Source: an uncultured bacterium (GTDB lineage Bacteria > Verrucomicrobiota > Verrucomicrobiia > Verrucomicrobiales > DEV007). Taken from it: DNA of 64,000 bases. A model generated the notes under the pieces. That model did no database searches and was not told the origin of the DNA. It was given only the letters and a program-made list of their open reading frames with translations. Shown one piece after another: positions 51,801 through 61,707 of the stretch; position 1 is the first letter of the stretch; every line of letters begins with the position of its first letter. The position numbers were made by a program, and so were the translations under genes. The stretch spans positions 116,897-180,896 of the forward strand of contig CAXBMO010000013.1 of NCBI GenBank assembly GCA_963977015.1, in the 5' to 3' direction.

Positions 51801-53212
51801 ACCAGCCGACTTATTTCAAAAAAGCGGTAGTCTGGCTCGTTGCTTTGGTTGGGCTGCTTGCATGGGCCGAGGCCAGGGACGGTAGACCCAATTTCGTTAT
51901 CATTTTCACCGATGACCAGGGCTACCACGATCTGAGCTGTTTTGGCGGGACGCATGTCTACACACCAAATATCGATCAGATGGCAGCTGAGGGGGTGCGG
52001 CTGACCAGCTTTTATGTAGCGGCACCGCTCTGCACGCCGTCACGAGCAGCTCTCATGACCGGGTGTTATCCGGCACGGATTGATATGGATGTGCCGTCTT
52101 CCTTGGAGATCGAGATGAAGCATATTCCGCCGGGCAGAAAGTTTCCCGTATGTTTGGCCGGCGACGGAAAGGGGCTGAATCCGAAGGATTTGACCATTAC
52201 TGAAGTGGCTCAATCCGCAGGCTACAAAACGGGTATGTTTGGGAAATGGCATCTGGGTGATCAACCCGGGCTTTTGCCCACCCGTCAGGGTTTTGAGAAG
52301 TACTTTGGGATTCCCTACAGTCACGACATTCATCCGCAACACCCCCGGCAGAAGTATTTCAATTTTCCGCCGCTGCCGCTGCTGGAAGGTGAAACCGTCA
52401 TCGAACTGGACCCGGATGCGGACTATCTGACGCGACGGATTACCGAGCGCGCGGTCGATTTTATCAAGCGCAATCAGGATGAGAATTTCTTCCTCTATGT
52501 GGCGCACCCATTACCACACGCCCCCTTGGCGGCCTCACCTCAGATCAAGAAAAAATATGCTCGGCATCTGGAAGGGAATGGCATCGGCAAGCCGGGTATC
52601 TTTCTATCTGCGATTTATGAAATCGATTGGTCCGTGGGTGAGATTCTGAAGGCCCTCAAAGAGCAGGGAATCGATGAGAATACCATCGTGCTTTTTTCGA
52701 CGGATAACGGACCAAGCAAGGGGTCCGCCAAACCCTTGAGTGGTAAGAAGGGAAGCACCTTGGAGGGTGGGCAACGGGTGCCTACAGTGATTCGCTGGCC
52801 GAAAGGAATCCCAGCCGGAAGGATCAACAACCAACTGCTCACGGCAATGGACGTGCTTCCCACCTTCGCAAAACTCAGCGGTGCACAACTGCCGGAGGAT
52901 CTTGTGATCGATGGCAAAGACATCATGCCAACGCTGGCAAATGATGCGGAGAGCCCACACGAGTTTTTCTTCTACGCACATTGGGGCGTGCAGGAAGGGG
53001 TGCGCTGGAAGTCTTGGAAATTGCGGATCATCGAAGGCAAGGAAGCTCTCTATAACCTGGATGAGGATATTGGTGAGAAGAAGAATCTTGCGGCGAATCA
53101 TCCCGAGATCGTTCAACACCTCAAAGCGGCGATGCAGGGTTTCGAGGAAGAGATGGAGGCGAACCGTCGTCCAGCAGCGTTTGTGGAGAATCCCGTCCCT
53201 CTAACCAAATGA
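51797..53212 (+). CDS. Sulfatase
   Basis: TDDQG, CTPSR, GKWHLG, TDNG. Confidence 0.95.
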   Translation: MNQPTYFKKAVVWLVALVGLLAWAEARDGRPNFVIIFTDDQGYHDLSCFGGTHVYTPNIDQMAAEGVRLTSFYVAAPLCTPSRAALMTGCYPARIDMDVPSSLEIEMKHIPPGRKFPVCLAGDGKGLNPKDLTITEVAQSAGYKTGMFGKWHLGDQPGLLPTRQGFEKYFGIPYSHDIHPQHPRQKYFNFPPLPLLEGETVIELDPDADYLTRRITERAVDFIKRNQDENFFLYVAHPLPHAPLAASPQIKKKYARHLEGNGIGKPGIFLSAIYEIDWSVGEILKALKEQGIDENTIVLFSTDNGPSKGSAKPLSGKKGSTLEGGQRVPTVIRWPKGIPAGRINNQLLTAMDVLPTFAKLSGAQLPEDLVIDGKDIMPTLANDAESPHEFFFYAHWGVQEGVRWKSWKLRIIEGKEALYNLDEDIGEKKNLAANHPEIVQHLKAAMQGFEEEMEANRRPAAFVENPVPLTK

Positions 53213-53337
53213 ACCGTCAGCCCACGATGTTTACAATCAGCCTCTCAGTTCCTAACCTGAAAACCTGAATGCGCCGTATTGGATCAAGACGTCCCCAAAG
53301 AATCCATCTCGAAAGATTAAAACTTGAAATCATCAGA

Positions 53338-54891
53338 ATGAAAAACCTACCTCCAATCCTGGCACTGCTCGTGCTCTCTTTGTCGCCCGTTCTGGCAGAG
53401 GCGAAACCTCCTAACGTCGTGCTGATCTTTGCCGACGATCTCGGCTACGGCGATCTCGGCTGCTATGGAGCAACCAAACTCAAAACCCCGAATATCGACA
53501 AATTGGCAGCCGAAGGCCGACGGTTCACCGATGCGCATTCGGCTTCCGCGGTATGCACCCCTTCGCGTTACGGCCTGTTGACGGGGGAATATCCCTTTCG
53601 AGGCAACGGCGGCAAAGGGCTTTGGGGACCGGCGCCGATCACGTCTCCGCTGTTGATCCCTACGGAAACGGTGACGATTGCCGATATCTTCAAGAAGAGC
53701 GGCTACGATACCGCCGTGTTTGGCAAATGGCACCTGGGGTTCGGTGAGGGACAGAACGATTGGCAGGAACCGCTGAGCCCGGGGCCGCAAGACTTGGGGT
53801 TCGACTACTATTTTGGGATGCCGGTGGTGAACAGCGCGCCGCCTTATGTTTATGTGGAGAACGATCGCATTGTCGGCAGCGATCCCGATGATCCGTTGGT
53901 ACACTTGGGCAGAAATCCAAAAGAAAAACCGACGCCAATCACACCCATTCCGCCAAAAGCCGCTCAACGCAGCGCGAATCAGTTTGGTGGCGCGGTTGAA
54001 GCGCACAAGTTATTCAACGATTACGAAGTTGGCACCACGTTGACCAAAAAGGCGACCGAATGGATCAAGTCCCGCGAGGAGAAGCCGTTTTTCTGTTATT
54101 TCTCGACGACCAACGTCCATCACCCGTTCACCCCGGCCAAGCAATTTCAGGATACCAGCGAGTGCGGCGTTTACGGCGACTTCGTCCATGAACTCGACTG
54201 GATTGTCGGACAGGTGATGAAGACCCTTGATGAGGCCGGCGTTGCGGAGAACACCCTTGTGATCTTCACCAGTGACAATGGCGGGATGTTCAATCACGGA
54301 GGGCGCGAGGCTGCAAAACTGGGGCACAAGATCAATGGCACCCTCCTCGGTTCGAAATTCGGGATTTGGGAAGGCGGGCATCGCGTTCCGTTCATCGCCT
54401 GGTGGCCGGGGAAGATTGAGGCGGGCAGTGTTTCCGATCAATTGCTCTGCAGCGTGGATCTGTTGGCTTCGTTTGCCGCGGTGACCGGTCAGGAACTGAG
54501 TGACACGAAAGATAGCATCAATATGCTTCCGGCGTTGGTTGAGAGCCCAAGCGAGCCACTACGCACGGAAATGTTCATGACGCCCAACAAACCTACCCAC
54601 ATGTCTCTGCGGAGAGGGAAGTGGATGTATATTCCGGCGAAAAGCGATGGAGGGTTTCGAGGTTCAAAGCCCAGTCAACACGCCTGGGGTGGTGCCGCCG
54701 TCACCACGTTGGTCGGCACTCCCAATAGTGATATCGAGGACGGCAAGATCAAGAAAGGCGCTCCGCCCGCTCAGCTCTACGATCTGGAGGCCGACCGCAA
54801 CCAGTCGAAGAATCTCTATAACGAGTATCCTGAGGTGGTGCAGGAGATGGAGGCTGCTTTGAAGGAGGCCAAGGCTCAGCGTGGCAAATAG
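53338..54891 (+). CDS. Arylsulfatase
   Basis: Start at ATG 53338 with signal peptide; ADDLG, CTPSRY, GKWHLG, SDNG. Confidence 0.95.
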   Translation: MKNLPPILALLVLSLSPVLAEAKPPNVVLIFADDLGYGDLGCYGATKLKTPNIDKLAAEGRRFTDAHSASAVCTPSRYGLLTGEYPFRGNGGKGLWGPAPITSPLLIPTETVTIADIFKKSGYDTAVFGKWHLGFGEGQNDWQEPLSPGPQDLGFDYYFGMPVVNSAPPYVYVENDRIVGSDPDDPLVHLGRNPKEKPTPITPIPPKAAQRSANQFGGAVEAHKLFNDYEVGTTLTKKATEWIKSREEKPFFCYFSTTNVHHPFTPAKQFQDTSECGVYGDFVHELDWIVGQVMKTLDEAGVAENTLVIFTSDNGGMFNHGGREAAKLGHKINGTLLGSKFGIWEGGHRVPFIAWWPGKIEAGSVSDQLLCSVDLLASFAAVTGQELSDTKDSINMLPALVESPSEPLRTEMFMTPNKPTHMSLRRGKWMYIPAKSDGGFRGSKPSQHAWGGAAVTTLVGTPNSDIEDGKIKKGAPPAQLYDLEADRNQSKNLYNEYPEVVQEMEAALKEAKAQRGK

Positions 54892-55031
54892 ATTGAGAGA
54901 TGAATCGACTCCTCCGGAAGGAATATCAGCCGCTCTCCATTCGCTATTTCCAACAACAGGAAGAAGCGAAACGATCCTCCCAAATTGGGCCCCGGAACAA
55001 CGATCGATAATCACCCAATTTTGAAGAGTCT

Positions 55032-57644
55032 ATGAAGAAAAGGATTATCAGCGCGCTCCTGGTTATGGTCCCCTGGCTTCTCTGTCAGCCATCTTTGGGC
55101 GGAGAAGTCGCGAATCCTGACACCCATCCCTACGCCGACCCGGCGACTCACCGGGAAGGCTATGCGCATGCTGGCGCCGTGGTCAACGAAGCCCGTGTCT
55201 ACGACTTTTACCAACGACAGGCTGATTTCTACATGGCGATGCCTCCACAAGAGCGTCCTGCATTATTGCCGGCTCACCCCGGACTGGATGCCGGACTTCA
55301 CGGCCATTGGGGGAAGCACAACCAGAATCAACACAAAGACGGTCGCTGGAATGAGGTCGAGATCGGCTCAATCATTTCTCACGTCACTCGAGGTAATCCC
55401 AAAGAACTGGATCTCGTGGTAAAGGGCATCAACGTGAAGCTGGGTGATGGTATCGCGGCCTGTTTTGATCCGGAGTCGCTCAACTATCGGGCCATCTGGG
55501 ATGGTTGGCTCAGCTTCAATCCCTTTCGCTGGGGCTCCTCGCGAAATACGACCATCACCGGAACGATGCGATTTGCCCAAAAGGACCCGATCCCGTTGGA
55601 AGATGGTCGATACCTGGGGCTCTACCGCCATGGCGACCGGGTGATCTTTCATTATCGCGCTGGTGAAGTTGAGATCCTCGACAGCCCCGGCGTTCGCGAT
55701 GGCGAATTCGTTCGCACGGTGGAAGTCATCAGCGCGGGTGGCAGAGAATCGCTCCCTGAGCTGCCCGGGCCTGCCCCGGAGTATGGGGAACTTGCCCAGT
55801 TCACCCAAGGCGGCGAACCCGCTTGGTCCGAGACCGTGAAGACGGAAGTGATCATGGGGGCGTCAAAATCCAGTTCGGCCTATGTGGTGGATACGTTGGT
55901 CGTTCCGTATGAAAATCCCTACAAGTCGGTGATGCAGCTAACCGGTATCGCGTTTGGCTCTGACGATACCCTGTATGTATCCACGCTGGTGGGTGAAATT
56001 TGGTCGATCAAGGAGGACCCGGCTCAGCCAAATCAACTCATTTGGAAGCGCTTCGCCTCGGGGCTCAATTCGCCATTCGGTCTGCACTGCGATGAGGATG
56101 GCCTGTTCGCGCTCGAGCGCGGTCAGATTCTCCGTTTCCACGATCTCAATGACGATGGGGAGGTCGATTACTACGAGAGTTATGCCAACGACTTCCGCGA
56201 TCAGGGCAAGAGCCATACCCACACGTTCGGTCTTCACCGCACTGCGGATGGTGCCTTCCACTTCACTCAAAAGGAACAGATCATGCGAACGTCGCCGGAT
56301 CGGGTAACGCGCGAGGTCGGTTACGGGATTCGAAATGGAATGGGAATCGGCGGCTCGACTGACTATTTCTGGATTGGCCCCCAGGAAGGAACCTGGACTC
56401 CGGCATCCAGCATCATCGAAGTTGAGGAAGGCAACTACTATGGCTTGCCGCGTGGTAACGAACCCAATCCCATCTCGGCACCCATCTGTTTCATCCCCAG
56501 GGGGATCGATAATTCAAACGGCGGGTTTCTCGAAATCACCTCCGATCGATGGGGACCGTTCCAGGGATCACACGTCGGACTGAGCTTTGGCGCCTGTTCT
56601 CACTATCTCATTTTGCGAGATGCCGAAGGCCCCAAACCACAGGCAGCGACCGTTCCGCTTGAGGGCGAATTTCTAGCCGGAGTCGTTCGGGGAGCCTTTC
56701 GCGAGAGCGATGGGCAGCTCTACGTCGTTGGCCTCGACGGATGGGGAGACTATTCGCTCGAAGATGGCTGCCTGCATCGGGTGCGCTACACCGGTGGCGA
56801 AGTTCACAAGCCATCTGCCTTTCAGGTTTTCGAGAATGGGATCCGGATCGATTTTCCGATGTCCCTGGATCAAGAAGCTGCCACGCAGGTGTCGAACTAC
56901 CTGGCCCAGACTTGGGAGTATGTTTTTTCCAAGGGCTATGGATCTCCGGAATACTCTGCCAACTCGGATCAGGTCGGCCACGATGTGGTTGAGATTGCTT
57001 CAGTTCATCCACTCGAGAATCCGAACTCGATCTTTGTCGAAATCCCTGAACTGGAACCTACCATGGTTCTTTATCTGCGGATGCACCTCAAAACAGGCCA
57101 AGGCGCTCCGTTCAAGACGGATCTGTTTGCCTCGACGATGTACCCACAGCCCTACTTCGGTTTTGAGGGCGCGATGCCACCACGCGAAGGAAAATCCACC
57201 GAAATCGCTCTACGAATCAAGTCCTCCAAGCCCGGTTCGAAACGCAAACAAACTGGTGAGGTGATCGAGGGCGCAAGGGAGTTGGTTGTCAACGCGATCA
57301 GCGGTCTCCGCTACGAACAGACTTTGCTCGAGGTGAACCCCAGGGAGCCCATCGCCCTGAAATTTGTGAACAAGGATGTGATGCCGCACAATCTCGTCAT
57401 CGTCGCGCCGGGCGCCACGGAGAAAGTGGGAATGGCCTCCTTTAAGATGTTGAACGATCCCGAAGCCGGCGAGAAGAACTACGCACCCGATCTGCCGGAG
57501 GTCCGCCTGGTGGTGCCGGTGATCGCCCCCAACCAGGCCCACACTCTCTACTTTCGAGCTCCGGGGAAGAAAGGCGACTACCCGTATTTATGCACCTTTC
57601 CCGGGCACTGGCAAGCGATGCAGGGCATCCTGAGAGTTCGTTAG
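55032..57644 (+). CDS. DUF6797-like propeller protein with C-terminal azurin/auracyanin-type cupredoxin domain
   Basis: Signal peptide, WKRFASGL..PFGL, QEGTWTPAS, MPHN...YPYLCTFPGHWQAM (type-1 copper ligands). Confidence 0.82.
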   Translation: MKKRIISALLVMVPWLLCQPSLGGEVANPDTHPYADPATHREGYAHAGAVVNEARVYDFYQRQADFYMAMPPQERPALLPAHPGLDAGLHGHWGKHNQNQHKDGRWNEVEIGSIISHVTRGNPKELDLVVKGINVKLGDGIAACFDPESLNYRAIWDGWLSFNPFRWGSSRNTTITGTMRFAQKDPIPLEDGRYLGLYRHGDRVIFHYRAGEVEILDSPGVRDGEFVRTVEVISAGGRESLPELPGPAPEYGELAQFTQGGEPAWSETVKTEVIMGASKSSSAYVVDTLVVPYENPYKSVMQLTGIAFGSDDTLYVSTLVGEIWSIKEDPAQPNQLIWKRFASGLNSPFGLHCDEDGLFALERGQILRFHDLNDDGEVDYYESYANDFRDQGKSHTHTFGLHRTADGAFHFTQKEQIMRTSPDRVTREVGYGIRNGMGIGGSTDYFWIGPQEGTWTPASSIIEVEEGNYYGLPRGNEPNPISAPICFIPRGIDNSNGGFLEITSDRWGPFQGSHVGLSFGACSHYLILRDAEGPKPQAATVPLEGEFLAGVVRGAFRESDGQLYVVGLDGWGDYSLEDGCLHRVRYTGGEVHKPSAFQVFENGIRIDFPMSLDQEAATQVSNYLAQTWEYVFSKGYGSPEYSANSDQVGHDVVEIASVHPLENPNSIFVEIPELEPTMVLYLRMHLKTGQGAPFKTDLFASTMYPQPYFGFEGAMPPREGKSTEIALRIKSSKPGSKRKQTGEVIEGARELVVNAISGLRYEQTLLEVNPREPIALKFVNKDVMPHNLVIVAPGATEKVGMASFKMLNDPEAGEKNYAPDLPEVRLVVPVIAPNQAHTLYFRAPGKKGDYPYLCTFPGHWQAMQGILRVR

Positions 57645-57709
57645 CACTGCCTGACTCCGTGATAGTGTAACGAGAAGAAGTAGTAGTACAATTTGTCATT
57701 GAAGATCCC

Positions 57710-59104
57710 ATGAATATACGTCCAGCGTTCGTATCCCTGATTGTCCTGTTCCTGAGTGTCACCGGTGTCTTGGCGGCAGATCCGGCGGCCTCCAAGCCCA
57801 ATATCCTGTTCATCTTTGCCGATGACTGGGGATGGGGGGATCTTAGTTGTCATGGCCATCCCTATATCAAGACCCCCAATATTGACCGGTTGGCCAATAA
57901 GGGCACGGATTTTACCAACTTCACCGTCGCCAGCGGAGTGTGTTCGCCCAGTCGCGCGGCGATTCTGACGGGAAGGTTTCCGGCCCGGTTCGGAATCAGC
58001 GGGCATTTCGCCAGCGTGAGGTCCAATACGAATCGGAAGATGCCCGACTGGTTGGACCCCGGGGTGCCGACGCTGCCACGAATCCTTCAGGAAGCCGGTT
58101 ACCTGACCGGACACTTCGGCAAGTGGCACCTGACCGGCAGCGAAGTTGCCGACGCCCCGCGACCCGAGCTCTATGGTTATGACCGGGTCGGTGCCTACAA
58201 TTGTTCCGGCGAACTCATGCCGGTGCACGACGATGCGAAGAACGCGGTTTCCCTCATCGAAACGAGTCATCGGGAAGGAAAGCCGTTTTTCATCAACCTG
58301 TGGGTTCATGAGCCTCACACGCCGTTCCATACCGTTAAAGAGTATGAAGACCGGTTTCCTGACTTGCCCAAGGCCGACAACATCTATGCCTCCGTTCTTT
58401 CCCACGCCGATGATCGCATCGGGCAGGTTTTGGATGCGCTGGATCGTCTCGGGATGACTGAGAACACCCTCGTGATCTTCAGTTCCGACAACGGGCCCGC
58501 TGGAAGCGGAAAAGCAGGGAAGCTGGTCATGAAGAATGATCCCGCGACCGGTGATGGCTATTTCGGCGCTTCCATGGGGACGACCGGGGGGCGCAAGGGC
58601 CGCAAGCGTAGCCTCTTTCAGGGTGGAGTAGGGGTTCCGTTTCTCGCGCGGTGGCCGGGCAAAATTGAAGCTGGCGGTCGCGATGATGTTTCGTGGATCT
58701 CTGCCGTGGACCTGCTCCCGACGTTTTGTGAAGTCGCCGGAGCGGACTTGCCTGCGGACTTTCAGGCGGATGGCAAAAGCCAGCTTGCGGTGTTGACGGG
58801 GCAGCCGGAAGCTCAGCGGGAAAAGCCCCTTTATTGGACGAGGCACAGCGCCGGAGGATCGGGACCCGGCCAAATTGGAGAATACGCGATTTTGGAGGGC
58901 AAATGGAAGCTCCTTGCCGACAATGAATCCAAACAGGTTGAACTCTATGATGTCAGCCAGGATGCCTTGGAGAGGGTGGATTTGAGTGCGCAATTTCCCG
59001 AGCGCGTCGCGGATCTGACTCAGAAGCTCAAGGAGTGGAAAAAGTCACTCCCCGAGGAGGTGGATGCGGGCGTGAAGTCCAAATTGCGGAAAAACACCGG
59101 GTAG
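57710..59104 (+). CDS. Sulfatase
   Basis: ADDWG, CSPSR, GKWHL, SDNG. Confidence 0.95.
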   Translation: MNIRPAFVSLIVLFLSVTGVLAADPAASKPNILFIFADDWGWGDLSCHGHPYIKTPNIDRLANKGTDFTNFTVASGVCSPSRAAILTGRFPARFGISGHFASVRSNTNRKMPDWLDPGVPTLPRILQEAGYLTGHFGKWHLTGSEVADAPRPELYGYDRVGAYNCSGELMPVHDDAKNAVSLIETSHREGKPFFINLWVHEPHTPFHTVKEYEDRFPDLPKADNIYASVLSHADDRIGQVLDALDRLGMTENTLVIFSSDNGPAGSGKAGKLVMKNDPATGDGYFGASMGTTGGRKGRKRSLFQGGVGVPFLARWPGKIEAGGRDDVSWISAVDLLPTFCEVAGADLPADFQADGKSQLAVLTGQPEAQREKPLYWTRHSAGGSGPGQIGEYAILEGKWKLLADNESKQVELYDVSQDALERVDLSAQFPERVADLTQKLKEWKKSLPEEVDAGVKSKLRKNTG

Positions 59105-59320
59105 ACGGCGGTGGGGCGGCAGTTGCGGCCGCGAATCTGCAGGTGGGATGAAGCCCTGGCGATCATCCTTCGGGTCGTGCGCGCGAGCACGCTCTGGAAG
59201 CGATCCGGCCTGCCTGAGACGGGCGAAAGACCGGCCATTTGAACCGCCGGACCCGAGATTGGAGCAATTTTCCCGCAAATCCTTTGAACGATTCATCGTG
59301 TAAAGATTCAGAGCCCACCG

Positions 59321-61681
59321 ATGATCCCAAAATCGCTTTCCGGTTTCCTGCAATCAATCGCCAGCCTTGTGCTGGTATTGGTGTTCCCCTGCCTGTCCAC
59401 GGGAGCCGATTTCGTGCGGGATATCGAGCCGATTCTCATCGATTATTGCTTCGATTGTCACGGGGACGGCGTGAGCAAAGGCGATTTTTTGCTGGATGAC
59501 TACGAGAAGCTGGATCAGCACCTGACCGACCACGATCTCTGGTTCACGGTTTGGGAAAACACGCGTTCGCAACTCATGCCGCCTTCCGGCAAGAAGCAAC
59601 CGTCGGCGGAGCAGCGCGCGATGCTGAAGGACTGGATCGAACGGGAAGTTTTCAAGCTGGACCCGGCCAATCCAGATCCCGGGCGCGTCACGATTCGACG
59701 GCTCAATCGGGAAGAATACGAAAACACGATTTACGACGTCTTCGGGCATCGTTTTAACGCGGAAGCAGCGTTCCCGCCAGACGATACGGGCTACGGATTC
59801 GACACCATTGGCGATGTGCTGAGCATCTCGCCGTTGCTGATGGAGAAATACGTCAACGCGGCGCAGGAAATCGTCAGCAAAGTGGTTCACACAACGGGAC
59901 CGGTGATTCCTTCGAACCACCGCCGGGCGGATCAATTCGTCAGCGAGAAAAAGCGCAAGGCCAACTGGATTCCGTTCGACCAGCCGGATGCGTTCACGTG
60001 CAAGCTTTCCATAGGCTACCCCGGCGACTACCGGTTGCGGTTGGACTACAAGCTCAATGGCGCGGATAACGACACAGCCAACACGGCGCGGGTGGAAATT
60101 CGGGTAAACGGAAAGTCGGCTGGCAAGAAATTCCTGGCGTGGGGCGACACCCAGACGCAATCCATTCAGGTCCAGGCTCCATTCATCAAAGGCGAGAATG
60201 TGATCGAGATCGAGCTGACTTCCGTGGATCCGGCGGGCAAAGACGAGCGGACGCTTGCCTTTCAGGGCGACAGACTCCACTTCGATGGCCCGCTGGACGG
60301 AAGCCATCGCGTGTTTCCCTCGAACTACGAGAAGATCTTCATCGATGGTCCGCCTCCGGAGGACGATGCGGCGCGAACGGCTTATCTGCGAAAGTTGATC
60401 GATCATTGGGGGCTGCGACTTTTGCGTCGACCAGTGAGTGAAGGGCGCGCGAAGAGGTTGATGGAATTGGCGCAAGCGAGCCAAGAGCTGGAGAACGGTT
60501 TCGAAAAAGGCGTCGCTCAGGCGTTGACGGCGATTTTGGCGTCACCGCGCTTTTTGTTTCGGGCCGAAGTCCAGCCGGAGCCGAATAACCCGGGCAAAAT
60601 CGTCCCGATTGTTGAATTCGCGCTCGCGTCCCGGCTTTCCTATTTCCTCTGGAGCTCGGCGCCGGATCCGGAGCTGCTGCAACTCGCGGCGGAAGGCAAG
60701 CTCCGCACCAACCTGCGGCAGCAAATCGACCGGATGATCAAGGACCGCAAAGGCGAGCGTTTCGTGAAAAACTTCACCGGTCAGTGGCTCCAAACCCGGG
60801 ATTTGGACCTGATCTACTTCGACCCGCGCCGCATTCTTAACATCGACGACCAGAAAGAGGCTGAGAAATTCTACAATTACCGAACCAAAGAAGCCATGCG
60901 GTGGGAGACCGAGAAGATGTTTGAGCATGTGCTGCGCGAAAATCGCCCGGTCACGGAACTGCTTGTCGCGGACTACACCTTTTTGAATCAATACACCGCC
61001 TTGACCTATGGCATCGAGGGCGTCGAAGGCCGCGACCTTCGGAAGGTCAGTCTGCCGCCGGATAGCCCACGTGGCGGAATTCTCGGGCAAGGCACGTTCC
61101 TGGCCATTACCTCGAATCCGACCCGGACTTCGCCGGTGAAGCGCGGACTTTTCGTTTTGGAAAACCTTCTCGGCACCCCGGCGCCACCGGCTCCAGAGGA
61201 GGTTCCCTCCATCGAACAACAGCGCCGGAAAAAGGAAAATCGCGAACTGACCATGCGCGAATTGATGAAAGTGCATGCCGAGGAAGCGCTCTGCGCAAGC
61301 TGCCACGCGCGGTTCGATCCGATCGGGTTGGCGCTGGAGAATTACAACGCCCTCGGCATGTGGCGCGAGGAAGAAGGAGGCACGCCGATCGATGCCGGCG
61401 GCAAATTGATCACCGGTGAACCGTTCGCCAACGCCAAGGAGCTTTCCAAAATCCTGGCGACCGAACGAAAAGACGATTTTTACCGCTGCCTCACCGAAAA
61501 ACTCCTCACCTACGCCATCGGCCGCGGGGTCGAGTTTTACGATGCGCCAACCATCGAGAAGATCGTGGAAAACGTCGATGCGAACGGTGGTGGAATGATG
61601 AATCTGATCTACGGAATCGCCGAAAGCGTTCCTTTCCAGAAACGCCGAGGCGATGGAAGCCTGCTTTCTTTGAACCCCTGA
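59321..61681 (+). CDS. DUF1592/DUF1588 family protein with cytochrome c domain
   Basis: CFDCH, RRLNREEY, LASRLSYFLWSS, TSPVKRG, CASCH. Confidence 0.92.
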   Translation: MIPKSLSGFLQSIASLVLVLVFPCLSTGADFVRDIEPILIDYCFDCHGDGVSKGDFLLDDYEKLDQHLTDHDLWFTVWENTRSQLMPPSGKKQPSAEQRAMLKDWIEREVFKLDPANPDPGRVTIRRLNREEYENTIYDVFGHRFNAEAAFPPDDTGYGFDTIGDVLSISPLLMEKYVNAAQEIVSKVVHTTGPVIPSNHRRADQFVSEKKRKANWIPFDQPDAFTCKLSIGYPGDYRLRLDYKLNGADNDTANTARVEIRVNGKSAGKKFLAWGDTQTQSIQVQAPFIKGENVIEIELTSVDPAGKDERTLAFQGDRLHFDGPLDGSHRVFPSNYEKIFIDGPPPEDDAARTAYLRKLIDHWGLRLLRRPVSEGRAKRLMELAQASQELENGFEKGVAQALTAILASPRFLFRAEVQPEPNNPGKIVPIVEFALASRLSYFLWSSAPDPELLQLAAEGKLRTNLRQQIDRMIKDRKGERFVKNFTGQWLQTRDLDLIYFDPRRILNIDDQKEAEKFYNYRTKEAMRWETEKMFEHVLRENRPVTELLVADYTFLNQYTALTYGIEGVEGRDLRKVSLPPDSPRGGILGQGTFLAITSNPTRTSPVKRGLFVLENLLGTPAPPAPEEVPSIEQQRRKKENRELTMRELMKVHAEEALCASCHARFDPIGLALENYNALGMWREEEGGTPIDAGGKLITGEPFANAKELSKILATERKDDFYRCLTEKLLTYAIGRGVEFYDAPTIEKIVENVDANGGGMMNLIYGIAESVPFQKRRGDGSLLSLNP

Positions 61682-61707
61682 ACGCCAATTTCTACCAATC
61701 AACAGTC

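Noticed and set aside
59105-59260. GC-rich intergenic stretch with UUCG/GAAA-like loops as a possible ncRNA
   Set aside because: Only short stems, expected at this GC content, and no recognisable match to SRP, RNase P, tmRNA, 6S or a riboswitch. An Rfam scan would be needed.
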